Translations under genes and position numbers: made by a program | Shown: positions 8,330-17,288 of the stretch, one piece after another | Position numbering within the stretch: position 1 is the first letter of the stretch | Layout of the letters: every line of letters begins with the position of its first letter | Source of the DNA: a virus | Lineage: Duplodnaviria > Caudoviricetes | Virus record (IMG/VR): IMGVR_UViG_3300036828_000612 | Span: 1-60,563 of that record | DNA: 60,563 nucleotides | Reading direction: 5' to 3' (one strand) | The notes under the pieces: model-generated | Databases searched by the model: none | Told to the model about the DNA's origin: nothing | Seen by the model: only the letters and a program-made list of their open reading frames with translations

Positions 8330-8842
8330 TCATTTCCTGGCCTTTGTCATGGTCTCGATCGCAAGGCGCGCTGCGGTGCGCCCAAGGCCGGCGGCCAGCA
8401 TTCTCTGGTAATAACGCTTGTGCTCTGGGGGTGGTTTCCATGCGTGCTTTGCCGCTGAAATCTGCGCCCGAACGCTCGGCGTCTGCATGGCTCGCGAGAT
8501 CCCAGCGGCCATTTTGCGGGCCCGCGCCGGATCGGCCCATGCAGCCTTTCGGATGGCGGACATTTTCGCCCGGGTCGCCGAAGTGTGGGGCGGCTGTTGT
8601 TGCTCCCCGTTGGCCAGGAACTCGACTGGCTGGCGCCTGTCCGTGATCGGCCGGGTGGTTCGCAGGGTCGCCAGCGTCACGCCCTTGATCCCCAGGCGAT
8701 CGGCCGCTTCGGTAAGCGCTTGCCAGTGCTTGTACGGGACTCCCTGTGCCCGCCAGTTGTAGATCGCCACCCGCGATGAGCGCGTGATGTCCATTAGGGC
8801 GTCGCGCCCGCCGAATAAGGCAAAGAGGTCATCAACTGTCAT
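8330..8842 (-). CDS. Cro-like HTH protein with basic NUMOD3-like C-terminal repeats
   Basis: MTVDDLFALFGG...AIYNWRAQGVPYKHW, then HTSATRAKMSA, ARKMAAG, RAQISAA; first gene of the leftward operon. Confidence 0.7.
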   Translation of the reverse strand: MTVDDLFALFGGRDALMDITRSSRVAIYNWRAQGVPYKHWQALTEAADRLGIKGVTLATLRTTRPITDRRQPVEFLANGEQQQPPHTSATRAKMSAIRKAAWADPARARKMAAGISRAMQTPSVRAQISAAKHAWKPPPEHKRYYQRMLAAGLGRTAARLAIETMTKARK

Positions 8843-8991
8843 GCCAACAGGGCTAGCAGCCTTCCGGAAAATATGCAACATTAAATTTTCGGGCGGCGCA
8901 CTTTTCCTATGGACATGAAAGAAAAACTTACATAAGGTCTTTCCCAACGAAAAGCCGGAGAACCGGCCCCAGCGGGAAAGGAAGCACACAA
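8843..8991. promoter_or_regulatory. Divergent early promoter region
   Basis: AT-rich gap between divergent operons; inverted repeat GAAAAT...ATTTTC; TGGACA...CATAAG promoter-like boxes. Confidence 0.55.
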
Positions 8992-9213
8992 ATGGCATGG
9001 ACGCTGTATATGGAGGCAGCAATGAACACTACGCTTGCTCTGCAAGACGTTGTCCGTGAAAGAAGACTCAAGAAATACGCGTCTTCCGCAAGATACCTCA
9101 AGATTGCAGGGGACAATCTGAGGAAGGCTGCTGAGTTGGCTGGACCGGATGACAACCCTTCATTGGAGGAATTGAAGCGCGCTGTTGCCAGGGCTGTTGC
9201 CACGTTTAGCTAG
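8992..9213 (+). CDS. Hypothetical early protein
   Basis: Preceded by gaaaggaagcaca; the same 13-mer precedes the next gene. Confidence 0.6.
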   Translation: MAWTLYMEAAMNTTLALQDVVRERRLKKYASSARYLKIAGDNLRKAAELAGPDDNPSLEELKRAVARAVATFS

Positions 9214-9225
9214 AAAGGAAGCACA

Positions 9226-9435
9226 ATGTCAGTTCCGATCAGCATGACCGAGATCCTAGAGCGCCAGGCTTGGCGCGACCGATCAGCCGCCATGGCCGAT
9301 TTCTGGCATGCCGGCTCGACCAAGGAGCGGCGCATTGCCCTGATTTGGCTGCGCGCATGTGACCGCACATGGAAATTCTACGAAACAGGGGTGCAGGAAC
9401 AGTTCAGGGCCATGATACGGGGGGCGTACAAATGA
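9226..9435 (+). CDS. Hypothetical early protein
   Basis: Good RBS; coupled to the next gene. Confidence 0.6.
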   Translation: MSVPISMTEILERQAWRDRSAAMADFWHAGSTKERRIALIWLRACDRTWKFYETGVQEQFRAMIRGAYK

Positions 9436-9725
9436 CCAACATCACCATGACCGCCACACCACGCGAAGATGATGACCTAAAGGACCTGCTGCTTAAAAGC
9501 ATCATCGCAGCACTGGAAACGGATCTGGCAGCAGCGGCCGGCGCGGTGGATTACCTGTCGCGCTTCACCGAGCGGCAGCTGCGGTGCCTGAAAGCCGCCG
9601 CGAACATCGTTGACGCCATGCGCGAATTGTTCGTGCATCTGCCCACCACCCAGGCCGCGGTCGTTCGTGACCTGATTAGCGTCTACGACGCCACACGCCT
9701 GGCGGACACGGATCAGCAACAATGA
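9432..9725 (+). CDS. Hypothetical early protein
   Basis: ATGA overlap; helical sequence. Confidence 0.6.
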   Translation: MTNITMTATPREDDDLKDLLLKSIIAALETDLAAAAGAVDYLSRFTERQLRCLKAAANIVDAMRELFVHLPTTQAAVVRDLISVYDATRLADTDQQQ

Positions 9726-9788
9726 CATCCAATATCTTCTTTGCCACGCTCGACGCCACCCGCACCGCCACCGAGAAGGACTGACAAA

Positions 9789-10064
9789 ATGGACCCCGAA
9801 ACCCTGGCGGCACGCGCCGCCACAATGATCGAACGGTTGACCGTGGAGCTCACCGATCTCGACCGAAGCATCGAGATGCTGGAAGCCCGCCGCAGCTTCT
9901 TGCTCGAAATGCTGGAAATGCTGAATCCGACCTTCCAGGACGTGCGCCCACGTCAGCGCCGCCGGCGGGCGGCGGCTGAAGTCCCCGCGCCGGAAGTGGA
10001 AAAACCGCTGTCTCCGCAGCTACGCACTGCTAGTATTAACTGGGCCAATGGAGAACAGCAATGA
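9789..10064 (+). CDS. Coiled-coil hypothetical protein
   Basis: AAGGA RBS; heptad pattern. Confidence 0.6.
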   Translation: MDPETLAARAATMIERLTVELTDLDRSIEMLEARRSFLLEMLEMLNPTFQDVRPRQRRRRAAAEVPAPEVEKPLSPQLRTASINWANGEQQ

Positions 10065-10243
10065 ACAGGCCAGCGATCGAACATCTGTCTATGGCCATCG
10101 CCAAGCTTGGCCATACTATGAGCCTGCTTGAGCTAGCACTAGATGAAGAGTCACGTGTTGGAACCACTAGCAGCATAAGCGAAGACAAACGCAATGAGGT
10201 CTGTCATGAACAAGCCGCAGCCGATCGACAAAAACGTCAATGA
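10061..10243 (+). CDS. Hypothetical protein
   Basis: GGAG RBS and ATGA overlap. Confidence 0.45.
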   Translation: MNRPAIEHLSMAIAKLGHTMSLLELALDEESRVGTTSSISEDKRNEVCHEQAAADRQKRQ

Positions 10244-10355
10244 GTTGCTTAAGGCGTTAGATAAGCTATTCCAGGAATTGGAGGATATCCAGGACACCAT
10301 AAACCTGCTGGATGCGCTGAAGAAGAAAACACAAGAGAATGAGGAGTCGTCATGA
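10206..10355 (+). CDS. Small coiled-coil protein
   Basis: Manual translation MNKPQPIDKNVNELLKALDKLFQELEDIQ...; GAGG RBS; overlaps the Gp157 start. Confidence 0.5.
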   Translation: MNKPQPIDKNVNELLKALDKLFQELEDIQDTINLLDALKKKTQENEESS

Positions 10356-10888
10356 GCAAATTTATGACCAAGCCACCCAGTTCCTTCGCTCTGGAAGCAG
10401 CGATGACCGCGCTGTTGCAGGCACGCGAACAGCTCATGACCATCTCGCCGAACATCGCCGAAGATGTGACCCTGTACCTCGACAGCCTCGAAGGACTCGC
10501 GGAAGGCGATCCGCTCGGTGTGATCGATCGCATTGTTGATCGCAAGCTTCATCTTGAAGACATGCGGCAGGTCGTGGGCGCCAGAAAAACCGATCTCGCC
10601 CAACGGGGCGCCAGACTAGAGCGCGAGGAAGAATACTGGGGCTACGTCCTTTGCCAATTTCTCGATGCGCTTCGCCAAAAATCCTTGGAGCGTCCGACTC
10701 ACACGCTGAGCATTCACGACGGTCTGCCAGAGTTGATCTTGGAAGAGGAAAAGCTGGCCGAGCGGTTTCTGCGGGTCTACAAGACCCCAAACAAGACCGA
10801 GATTCGTCAGGCGTTGAAAGCCGGAGAGCATGTCAATGGTGCAGAGCTCGGTGATAAAAAGCCAATTCTCACGATAAGGACAAAGTAA
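10352..10888 (+). CDS. Siphovirus Gp157 family protein
   Basis: YLDSLEG...PNKTEIRQALKAGEHVNGAEL...LTIR. Confidence 0.85.
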   Translation: MSKFMTKPPSSFALEAAMTALLQAREQLMTISPNIAEDVTLYLDSLEGLAEGDPLGVIDRIVDRKLHLEDMRQVVGARKTDLAQRGARLEREEEYWGYVLCQFLDALRQKSLERPTHTLSIHDGLPELILEEEKLAERFLRVYKTPNKTEIRQALKAGEHVNGAELGDKKPILTIRTK

Positions 10889-10889
10889 C

Positions 10890-11858
10890 ATGGCAGATTT
10901 GCCGGTTGCATCCTCCCATCACGCAGCCCCGATGCGCTATGACGACATAGAACGCTTGGCCGGCGCCATAGCTAAAAGCCGTCTGTTCGGTATCACGACT
11001 CAGGATCAGGCCATAGCCCTGATGATGATCGCCCATGCGGAAGGCCGTCATCCGGCCCTTGCCGCGAGGGATTATGATATCATTAGCGGGCGCCCCGCCA
11101 AGAAAGCGGAGTCCATGCTGCGAGACTTTCTCGATGCCGGCGGCAAGGTGGAGTGGCACGCTCTAAGCGACGAAATTGCTGATGCGACATTCTCGCACCC
11201 CGCTGGCGGCAAGGCGCGTATTTCCTGGGATATGGCCAGAGCTGAAAAGGCCGGATTGGCAGGAAAGGACATGTACAAGAAGTTTCCCCGCCAAATGCTC
11301 CGTAGCCGCACTGTATCAGAGGGCGTACGCACTATCTGGCCGACAGCAACAAGTGGGTTATATGTTCCTGAAGAGGCCCACGACATGGCCACAGACGACA
11401 CGAATAGCAACAAGACAACGTTGGATCATGTGCCGTCGCCAAAGATGCAACAGTCTCCCCGCCTGGAAGCTCCTGCCCCCGTCGCGTACGCTGTGCATAC
11501 TGTGTCCGCAGCGTCGGGACCGATCTCATTCAACAATTCCGCAGCGACACCGCCGCCGCCGAACCAGCAGAACGACCCGCCACCCCCGTCGTCGGACGAC
11601 AACGATGACACCGCTTTGTGGATAGCAAACCTGCGTGCCAAGCTAGCTGGCGCCGAGTACGGGACTGTCCTGAAGATTTCCAAGCTCAGGACCGTCACCG
11701 AGGCTCTGGCGCATGGACCGCCGGAAGTCCAGCGGATAGTGAACGAGCTGCTAGCTGATGCTTATGAAGCATGCGCGCAACGCGCAGACGAGCCGGTAAT
11801 CGAAAACGACCCACTGAGCGAAGTATTTCCGCCACAACTGCGGACACCGCTAGTATGA
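10890..11858 (+). CDS. RecT/Redbeta-like single-strand annealing protein
   Basis: AIAKSRLFG...AARDYDIISGRPA...MARAEKAGL...YKKFPRQMLRSR...GLYVPEE. Confidence 0.75.
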   Translation: MADLPVASSHHAAPMRYDDIERLAGAIAKSRLFGITTQDQAIALMMIAHAEGRHPALAARDYDIISGRPAKKAESMLRDFLDAGGKVEWHALSDEIADATFSHPAGGKARISWDMARAEKAGLAGKDMYKKFPRQMLRSRTVSEGVRTIWPTATSGLYVPEEAHDMATDDTNSNKTTLDHVPSPKMQQSPRLEAPAPVAYAVHTVSAASGPISFNNSAATPPPPNQQNDPPPPSSDDNDDTALWIANLRAKLAGAEYGTVLKISKLRTVTEALAHGPPEVQRIVNELLADAYEACAQRADEPVIENDPLSEVFPPQLRTPLV

Positions 11859-12394
11859 GCGCCACCTACGCCGCCACCCGCGCCACCGACGCCGCCACCC
11901 GCGCCGCTACGCTCGACGCCACCTGGGCCGCCACCCGCGTCGCCACCGCCGCCGCCACCATCGATGACACCTGGGCCGCCATTGCCGCCACCACCGACGC
12001 CGCCACCCGCCTCGCCACCGACCTCGCCACCTACGCCGCCACCGACCGCGCCACCTACGCCGCCACCCGCGACGCCACCCGCGACGCCACCCGCGACGCC
12101 ACCTGGGCCGCCACCTACGCCGCCACCCGCGACGCCACCCGCGACGCCACCCGCGACGCCACCTGGGCCGCCACCTACGCCGCCACCGACCGCGCCACCT
12201 ACGCCGCCACCCGCGACGCCACCCGCGACGCCACCTCCGCCGCCACCGACCGCGCCACCTGGGCCGCCACTCGCGACGCCACCCGCGCCACTCGCGACGC
12301 CGCCACTCGCGACGCCACTCGCGCCACTCGCGACGCCACCAGTGCCGCCACCGACGCCGCCACCCGAGCCGCGGCCTTGAAAGCTGCCCAATGA
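11855..12394 (+). CDS. Stand-alone xxAT tetrapeptide-repeat protein 1 (179 aa)
   Basis: ATGA overlap with RecT and with the next gene; about 40 YAAT/RDAT/WAAT/DRAT units. Confidence 0.7.
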   Translation: MSATYAATRATDAATRAATLDATWAATRVATAAATIDDTWAAIAATTDAATRLATDLATYAATDRATYAATRDATRDATRDATWAATYAATRDATRDATRDATWAATYAATDRATYAATRDATRDATSAATDRATWAATRDATRATRDAATRDATRATRDATSAATDAATRAAALKAAQ

Positions 12395-12622
12395 TGAACA
12401 CCAGTGTCCGCGATGCCATCTGGGCCGCCACCCTCTACGCCACCCGAATTGCCACCTCCGATGCTACCTATTGGGCCACTTACACTGCCACCTATGCCGC
12501 CACGCTCGACGCCACCAGTGAAGCCACCGGCGACGCCACCATCGATGCCACCGATGCCGGCACCCTCGCCGCCACCATCGATGCCACCGACGCCGCCACC
12601 CGCGCCGCCACCGACGCCGCCA
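11861..12622 (+). repeat. 12 bp periodic NNNNNN-GCCACC minisatellite with an exact 60 bp tandem duplication
   Basis: 12061-12120 is identical to 12121-12180. Confidence 0.9.
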
Positions 12623-12654
12623 TTCTTGACACAACAAGCGCAAAAGGAGACTGA
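12391..12654 (+). CDS. Stand-alone xxAT tetrapeptide-repeat protein 2 (87 aa)
   Basis: WAATLYATRIATSDATYWATYTATYAATLDAT...; more synonymous divergence than copy 1; ends 1 nt before the next ATG. Confidence 0.7.
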   Translation: MMNTSVRDAIWAATLYATRIATSDATYWATYTATYAATLDATSEATGDATIDATDAGTLAATIDATDAATRAATDAAILDTTSAKGD

Positions 12655-12655
12655 A

Positions 12656-13702
12656 ATGGCAAAAACCAAAATCAAGGCGACAAAATATAGCCTGACACCA
12701 GAACACCGGGCGCAATTCGAGCCATGGCGGGACAAATGGATTAGCAACGCTATGTCCACCGCGGCCATGACGAACGAAGATCAAGAAATCTGTCGAGATG
12801 CCGTCGTTCGGCTCTATCGAGCCGCGAATCTACCGCCGCCGCAAAACATTGTCTTTACGACATCGCCCTTTGCTGCGCGTTTTGCGGCGGGCTTCGCCGC
12901 ATGGATTTGGCATCTGCGCGCCACAAATTTGCCTGTTCCCACCCCCAGGGAACCCATCTTTACCGCATCAGAACCCAACCTGGACAACTGGTATGTCTGT
13001 TCATCGGGGATGGTCGAGCTCGCAGATGCCCTAGGCGTTGGGAAAGCCGGACTGGATTGCGCCGTGATGGCTGGCGATCGCCTCCACCAAGGTGGCAACC
13101 AATGGCCGTCCTACGATTCCTTCCTGTCCTTCTTTCGTCACATCGCCAAGCTGCCATTGGACTACTCCAAATGGGATGCATGGGAGACGCTCGCGCTGCA
13201 TTCGGGCCCTCGGTACGTGCACGCTAATTTCTGCATCATATCCGACCGGCCGGAACTCTTGGTGGTCGACGACGCCAGGCGCCCACACAGCTTGACGGGG
13301 CCGTTCTGCCGCTGGCGGGATGGCTCGGCGCTCTATGCGGTGCACGGGACGCGAATACCGGCAAAGTGGATCGAAGACAAAGACTTCCTAACCCCGTCAA
13401 TGGCTCTTAAATGGGGAAATATCGAGGAACGCCGCGCGGCATGCGAGATTCTGGGATGGAACAACATCCTAGACGAATTGCGTGCAAAAGTGATAGACAC
13501 GGACTACGACCCTGAAATTGGTCAACTCGTTGAGGTAACGATGCCAAATGTTGGCCGACAGAGGTTTCTGCGCGTTCGATGCGGAACCGGCCGTGACTTC
13601 GCCATTCCGGTGGCACTATCGGAGACGACCGCGTTAGAAGCAAATGCCAGAAGCTATGGAATATCGCCTGACTTTCTACGAAAAAAGGAGCATCGCACAT
13701 GA
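12656..13702 (+). CDS. DUF6745-like protein (348 aa)
   Basis: AAGGAG RBS; FCIISDRPE...DDARRPHSLTGP...WRDGSALYAVHGTRIP...NIEERRAACEILGW...LRVRCGTGRDF...ALEANA. Confidence 0.8.
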   Translation: MAKTKIKATKYSLTPEHRAQFEPWRDKWISNAMSTAAMTNEDQEICRDAVVRLYRAANLPPPQNIVFTTSPFAARFAAGFAAWIWHLRATNLPVPTPREPIFTASEPNLDNWYVCSSGMVELADALGVGKAGLDCAVMAGDRLHQGGNQWPSYDSFLSFFRHIAKLPLDYSKWDAWETLALHSGPRYVHANFCIISDRPELLVVDDARRPHSLTGPFCRWRDGSALYAVHGTRIPAKWIEDKDFLTPSMALKWGNIEERRAACEILGWNNILDELRAKVIDTDYDPEIGQLVEVTMPNVGRQRFLRVRCGTGRDFAIPVALSETTALEANARSYGISPDFLRKKEHRT

Positions 13703-14043
13703 CCAAACCAGTCACTAAATCTCCCAGCTTTCAGGGAGACATTGCTGTCTTTCGAATCCAAAGCATCCCAAAGGACGCCGTCCGGATGGACACTGCCGGC
13801 CAGCATCATGTTTTGGCGCACAGCGAAACCGGGCATCATCATGTTATCGGCACGAAGTCGGCGACATTGTTCATCGACAAAATGAACGCATTCATCATGT
13901 ATTTGGATGTCGCGGAATCCTCTGCGATTGAGCACCTGAAGGACTTTGACCAGCACGAGCCGCTGGGCCTCACTCCCGGAAAGTACGAGCTCCATCGGCA
14001 ACAGGAATACATCGCTGACGCATGGCGTCCCGTGACGGACTGA
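13699..14043 (+). CDS. His-rich partner of DUF6745 (QGD...HSETGHHH...H...RQQEY family)
   Basis: FQGDI, LAHSETGHHH, EHL...HEPLGLTPGKYELHRQQEY; ATGA overlap. Confidence 0.75.
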   Translation: MTKPVTKSPSFQGDIAVFRIQSIPKDAVRMDTAGQHHVLAHSETGHHHVIGTKSATLFIDKMNAFIMYLDVAESSAIEHLKDFDQHEPLGLTPGKYELHRQQEYIADAWRPVTD

Positions 14044-14049
14044 GCTTCT

Positions 14050-14841
14050 TCAGCCAACGATCTGTGGAACTATCGTCTTGATGGCGATGGTCTTAGAGGC
14101 TGGTGGTGGCGGTGTCACCACCAGCCTCGGGTCTGTGAAAGGACCAGTCCAGGACGGCATCGCGGGCGGCACAGCTACGTCCTGATACCACTGGTTGCCC
14201 GCATTGACATGCCACATGCCGCCGGGCGCGAGCTTCAACACACCTGTGACGTTGGCGGTGTTCGCATCTGTCACACCAGCCACCGCCACTTTTGCGCCCG
14301 TCGTGATAGTCCACGCACGTAATGTGTGATCGATGACTGATGGCACGCCGTTGACGGCCTGGGTGGATATGAACGTACCATCGGGGCTCTCGGTGACAGC
14401 CGGCGGCGGTGTCACCACCAGTCTTGGGTCCGACTTAGGACCAGTCCACGATGGCATGGCAGGCGCGGCGGCCGTGTTCTGATACCACTGCCCGGCCTTG
14501 TTGACCTGCCACATGACACCGGCCAGCTTCAGAATGCCGGCAACATTGGCTGTGTTTGTGTCAGTCACACCGGCAACCGCCACTTGCAAGCCAGCCGTGA
14601 TGGTCCACGCACGCAATGCATGATCGATGATCGATGGCACGCCATTGACGGCCACGGTGGTAACGAATGTGCCGTCCGGGCTCTCGGTAACAGTCGGTGG
14701 CGGGGGCGGCGGGAGCGTCCCTGCTGCGGTTTCCAGTGCTGCGACTTTTGTCGCGGTGGCAGTGATTGTGGCAACAGCCGTGGTGATGGCGGCGGCAGAC
14801 GCGCGCAGCTGATCCGCCAGTGGGGTTGGTACAGTGGCCAT
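14050..14841 (-). CDS. Protein with two ESPDGT...DPR beta-rich repeats; last gene of the late operon
   Basis: Two ~95 aa repeats joined by Pro-rich linkers; N-terminal Ala/Thr helix. Confidence 0.75.
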   Translation of the reverse strand: MATVPTPLADQLRASAAAITTAVATITATATKVAALETAAGTLPPPPPPTVTESPDGTFVTTVAVNGVPSIIDHALRAWTITAGLQVAVAGVTDTNTANVAGILKLAGVMWQVNKAGQWYQNTAAAPAMPSWTGPKSDPRLVVTPPPAVTESPDGTFISTQAVNGVPSVIDHTLRAWTITTGAKVAVAGVTDANTANVTGVLKLAPGGMWHVNAGNQWYQDVAVPPAMPSWTGPFTDPRLVVTPPPPASKTIAIKTIVPQIVG

Positions 14842-14854
14842 AATATCAGGTATC

Positions 14855-15130
14855 CTAAAGCGGCGAAGGGGTTGGCGCTACCACAACACCAACCGGTGCG
14901 GCGGTAAAAGCGGCACATGCAGAAACGATGGTGGGATGTAGAAGCGCCTCGTCGAGTGTGGCAATGGGCGCGCCTGGGGGATAGACGATAGGTGCGATCT
15001 CCACGACCAGTGGCTGCGTCAAGGCGTCGGCCTGGCAGAGCGCGCCGATCACTCTCTGTTGTTGCGGCGTTGGCGCGGTGCATCCCGCCATGAGGACCGC
15101 CGCCCAAACGCAGAGATTATGACGAGCCAT
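14855..15130 (-). CDS. Lipoprotein (candidate o-spanin)
   Basis: MARHNLCVWAAVLMAG-C lipobox; Pro-rich; downstream of a holin-like gene. Confidence 0.55.
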   Translation of the reverse strand: MARHNLCVWAAVLMAGCTAPTPQQQRVIGALCQADALTQPLVVEIAPIVYPPGAPIATLDEALLHPTIVSACAAFTAAPVGVVVAPTPSPL

Positions 15131-15386
15131 AGCGAATGGCTCGCCCGAGCGCTTCGTCAGCCCCGGCCCGGCCGTCCAGTGGCTTGTCGGCCTTGTCCAG
15201 CGCCCCTCGCAGTCTCGAGCGGTCCGGCGCCCCCACCAGCCGACGATCCAGCGCATCGATCGCTGCGTCGACCGGGGTTTGCGCCGCTGGGTCAGGCGCT
15301 GCATCCTCAACCGGGAGCAGCATGACACGGCCATCCGGTAGGACAAGCAGCTTCATCTGTATAGTAAAGGGCTTGATTTCCATCAT
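15117..15386 (-). CDS. Hypothetical protein
   Basis: GAGG RBS; fits the operon. Confidence 0.5.
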   Translation of the reverse strand: MMEIKPFTIQMKLLVLPDGRVMLLPVEDAAPDPAAQTPVDAAIDALDRRLVGAPDRSRLRGALDKADKPLDGRAGADEALGRAIRYGSS

Positions 15387-15399
15387 CGGGTCCTCTGTT

Positions 15400-15807
15400 T
15401 CAGGGAGTATTGGCGGGCCGTGCTAGGATGGCGGCAATCGCGGGAACAGCGGCAGCTTTTACCGCCAGCGCCTGCAGCCCCATTTTGGCGGCAATCTTGT
15501 CAGCGATTGCCGATTGCGTCAGCCCCAGTCTATCCGCCGCGTCCCCGGCGTGATTGAGCACATAGGACAGCGCCACTGCTTCATGCGTAGAGATTCCAGG
15601 GATATTAACCTCGGGCGATAGATTTCGCACCCCGGTTACCGCTGCCTGCTCGGCCGCCCCCACGGCATTGGTTACGGCCAGGCCGATCAGGTCTGCTGCT
15701 TGCTTATCCTTCATGTGGGATTGCAACCAGATCAGGAACACGGGGCCAACGACGCCGAATATCGCGCCGATCGCGGACACGGCAATGCCGGTTAAATCAA
15801 CAGTCAT
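15400..15807 (-). CDS. Holin-like membrane protein
   Basis: N-terminal TM, then AVGAAEQ...ALSYVLNHA...LGLT...IAAK, resembling LL-H-type holins. Confidence 0.55.
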   Translation of the reverse strand: MTVDLTGIAVSAIGAIFGVVGPVFLIWLQSHMKDKQAADLIGLAVTNAVGAAEQAAVTGVRNLSPEVNIPGISTHEAVALSYVLNHAGDAADRLGLTQSAIADKIAAKMGLQALAVKAAAVPAIAAILARPANTP

Positions 15808-15927
15808 CTAATCCTTACTCCTTTAGGGGTAGCCGCACGACTGGCATTAATTAGTAGTGGACTTTCCCGCCATGGAGGCATAGATGTTACCCCATCGAAT
15901 AGTACATCCACACCAAAGGGGACGGCC

Positions 15928-16668
15928 ATGAAAACCATCACAATGACACACGGCGGCACGCTACATCTGAACGGGGGTGCGCCGGTTGATGTCTCGCTTG
16001 GGGGGGTCTTTAACGCACCGCCGGTCACCGTCGACGTGCGCGGCGTGCAGCCACTCACGTTCTCCGACATCGGCTACTATGACGGAATCACGGTCAATCT
16101 GGCGGCGCACAGCGAATGGATTGGAACATTTGGCAGCACCGAGGTTGGAGCGAACATTCACGTCAACGGGCCCGGCGTATGGGATAACAATGGCGCCTCG
16201 TCTGTCACGGGCACCGCAATCATCGGGGCCAACGTTGTCGGCAACGGTGGAATTTCCCAATTCAATTCCCATACGAATGGCAAGCTGGAATTCCTGCATT
16301 CTGTGGGGCCAGGCCAGTCAATTCACATCGCCGGATATGCGCAGTATGGCGGCGAGCATGGCGTGCTGCAAATCGACGATCCGTCAGCATTCCATGCGGA
16401 AGAGACCGATCTGGGGTTCGGCGAAATCATCCTCAAGGGGATGCATGCGACAAGCTACGCCTGGCAGCACGACATGCTTTCGATGTACCAAGGCAATCGC
16501 GTAGTCGACACAATGCACGTCTACACTGACAGGACATGGAATGCGGCTTTTGGTGCCAGCCAGTTCGGAGTCTCACAAGTCGGCAATAACGTTGTCATCC
16601 ACGCGGACACAAACGGCTATTATGCTGGCGGCGGCGCTGGCGGGGTTGCACTTGGCGTGCATGGATGA
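15928..16668 (+). CDS. Gly/Asn-rich beta-strand protein (host-like moron on the opposite strand)
   Basis: Clean 246 aa ORF with an AT-rich upstream region; GVLQIDDPSAF motif recalls alphaproteobacterial surface proteins. Confidence 0.65.
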   Translation: MKTITMTHGGTLHLNGGAPVDVSLGGVFNAPPVTVDVRGVQPLTFSDIGYYDGITVNLAAHSEWIGTFGSTEVGANIHVNGPGVWDNNGASSVTGTAIIGANVVGNGGISQFNSHTNGKLEFLHSVGPGQSIHIAGYAQYGGEHGVLQIDDPSAFHAEETDLGFGEIILKGMHATSYAWQHDMLSMYQGNRVVDTMHVYTDRTWNAAFGASQFGVSQVGNNVVIHADTNGYYAGGGAGGVALGVHG

Positions 16669-16829
16669 GGGAGATCAACATGGAATACTTCGTTTTCGGG
16701 GTGACTTTGCTGGTTATCGTCTTGTTCGTTGTGGGCATTGCAGCGTTTCGTGTATGGCGTGAGGACCGACGCCTCCGCGCCGAGCTGCGACCGCGCGGCA
16801 GGACCGTCGATGAGGTGATTTTCTAATAG

Positions 16830-17288
16830 CTACTTAAGCGGAGAGTGCGGATCATCTGGCACGCAATCTGCTGGTGTGTGTAGATAGCAGACATCATAGG
16901 GGCCGCCGATGATAGCGTAATCCACAAATCTTTGGATTCCGACAATTGCAGAGTTTCCGGCAATCGAGTCTACGGCTAACGTGATCTGCCCGATGACTTG
17001 CTGGTTTTTGCTTGAGTCATTAAACATCCCCGCCGGTTGCGGCGTGTGGTCGGACTGTTCAAGCACCAGCGCGTCGTTCAGGATACCCGTAATAGCGACC
17101 ATGTCTGGCACTGACTCACCAAGGCGATTAGAGGCATCGCGGAGAAGCCCCAGCACGGCTGGGTCAGTCACTGGTGTCGGGAAATTCTCGAATGGCAACC
17201 ACGGATAGAAATGTCGGCTGTCCGCCAGCGCCGGTGAGGCTGCTAATAGCAATCCGGCCGCAAGCACAAGGTATTGACGCATGACCAC
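16830..17288 (-). CDS. Secreted hypothetical protein
   Basis: Signal peptide MRQYLVLAAGLLLAASPALA. Confidence 0.7.
   Translation of the reverse strand: MVMRQYLVLAAGLLLAASPALADSRHFYPWLPFENFPTPVTDPAVLGLLRDASNRLGESVPDMVAITGILNDALVLEQSDHTPQPAGMFNDSSKNQQVIGQITLAVDSIAGNSAIVGIQRFVDYAIIGGPYDVCYLHTPADCVPDDPHSPLK

Noticed and set aside
8592-10064. Shared peptide ANGEQQ in the Cro-like protein and ORF 9789-10064
   Set aside because: Only six residues with diverged codons; cannot be distinguished from chance.
11861-12622. CRISPR array or mini-array
   Set aside because: The constant part is only 6 bp with 6 bp low-complexity variable parts, all in codon phase; no 23-47 bp repeats, unique spacers or cas genes.
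11762-12784. Alternative ORFs over the repeat (poly-Pro, Gly-rich, WRR-rich; 432 aa extension from 12404)
   Set aside because: These are shadow frames of a stop-free repeat. Only the xxAT frames have coupled starts and stops, and the DUF6745 gene has a strong AAGGAG RBS at 12656.
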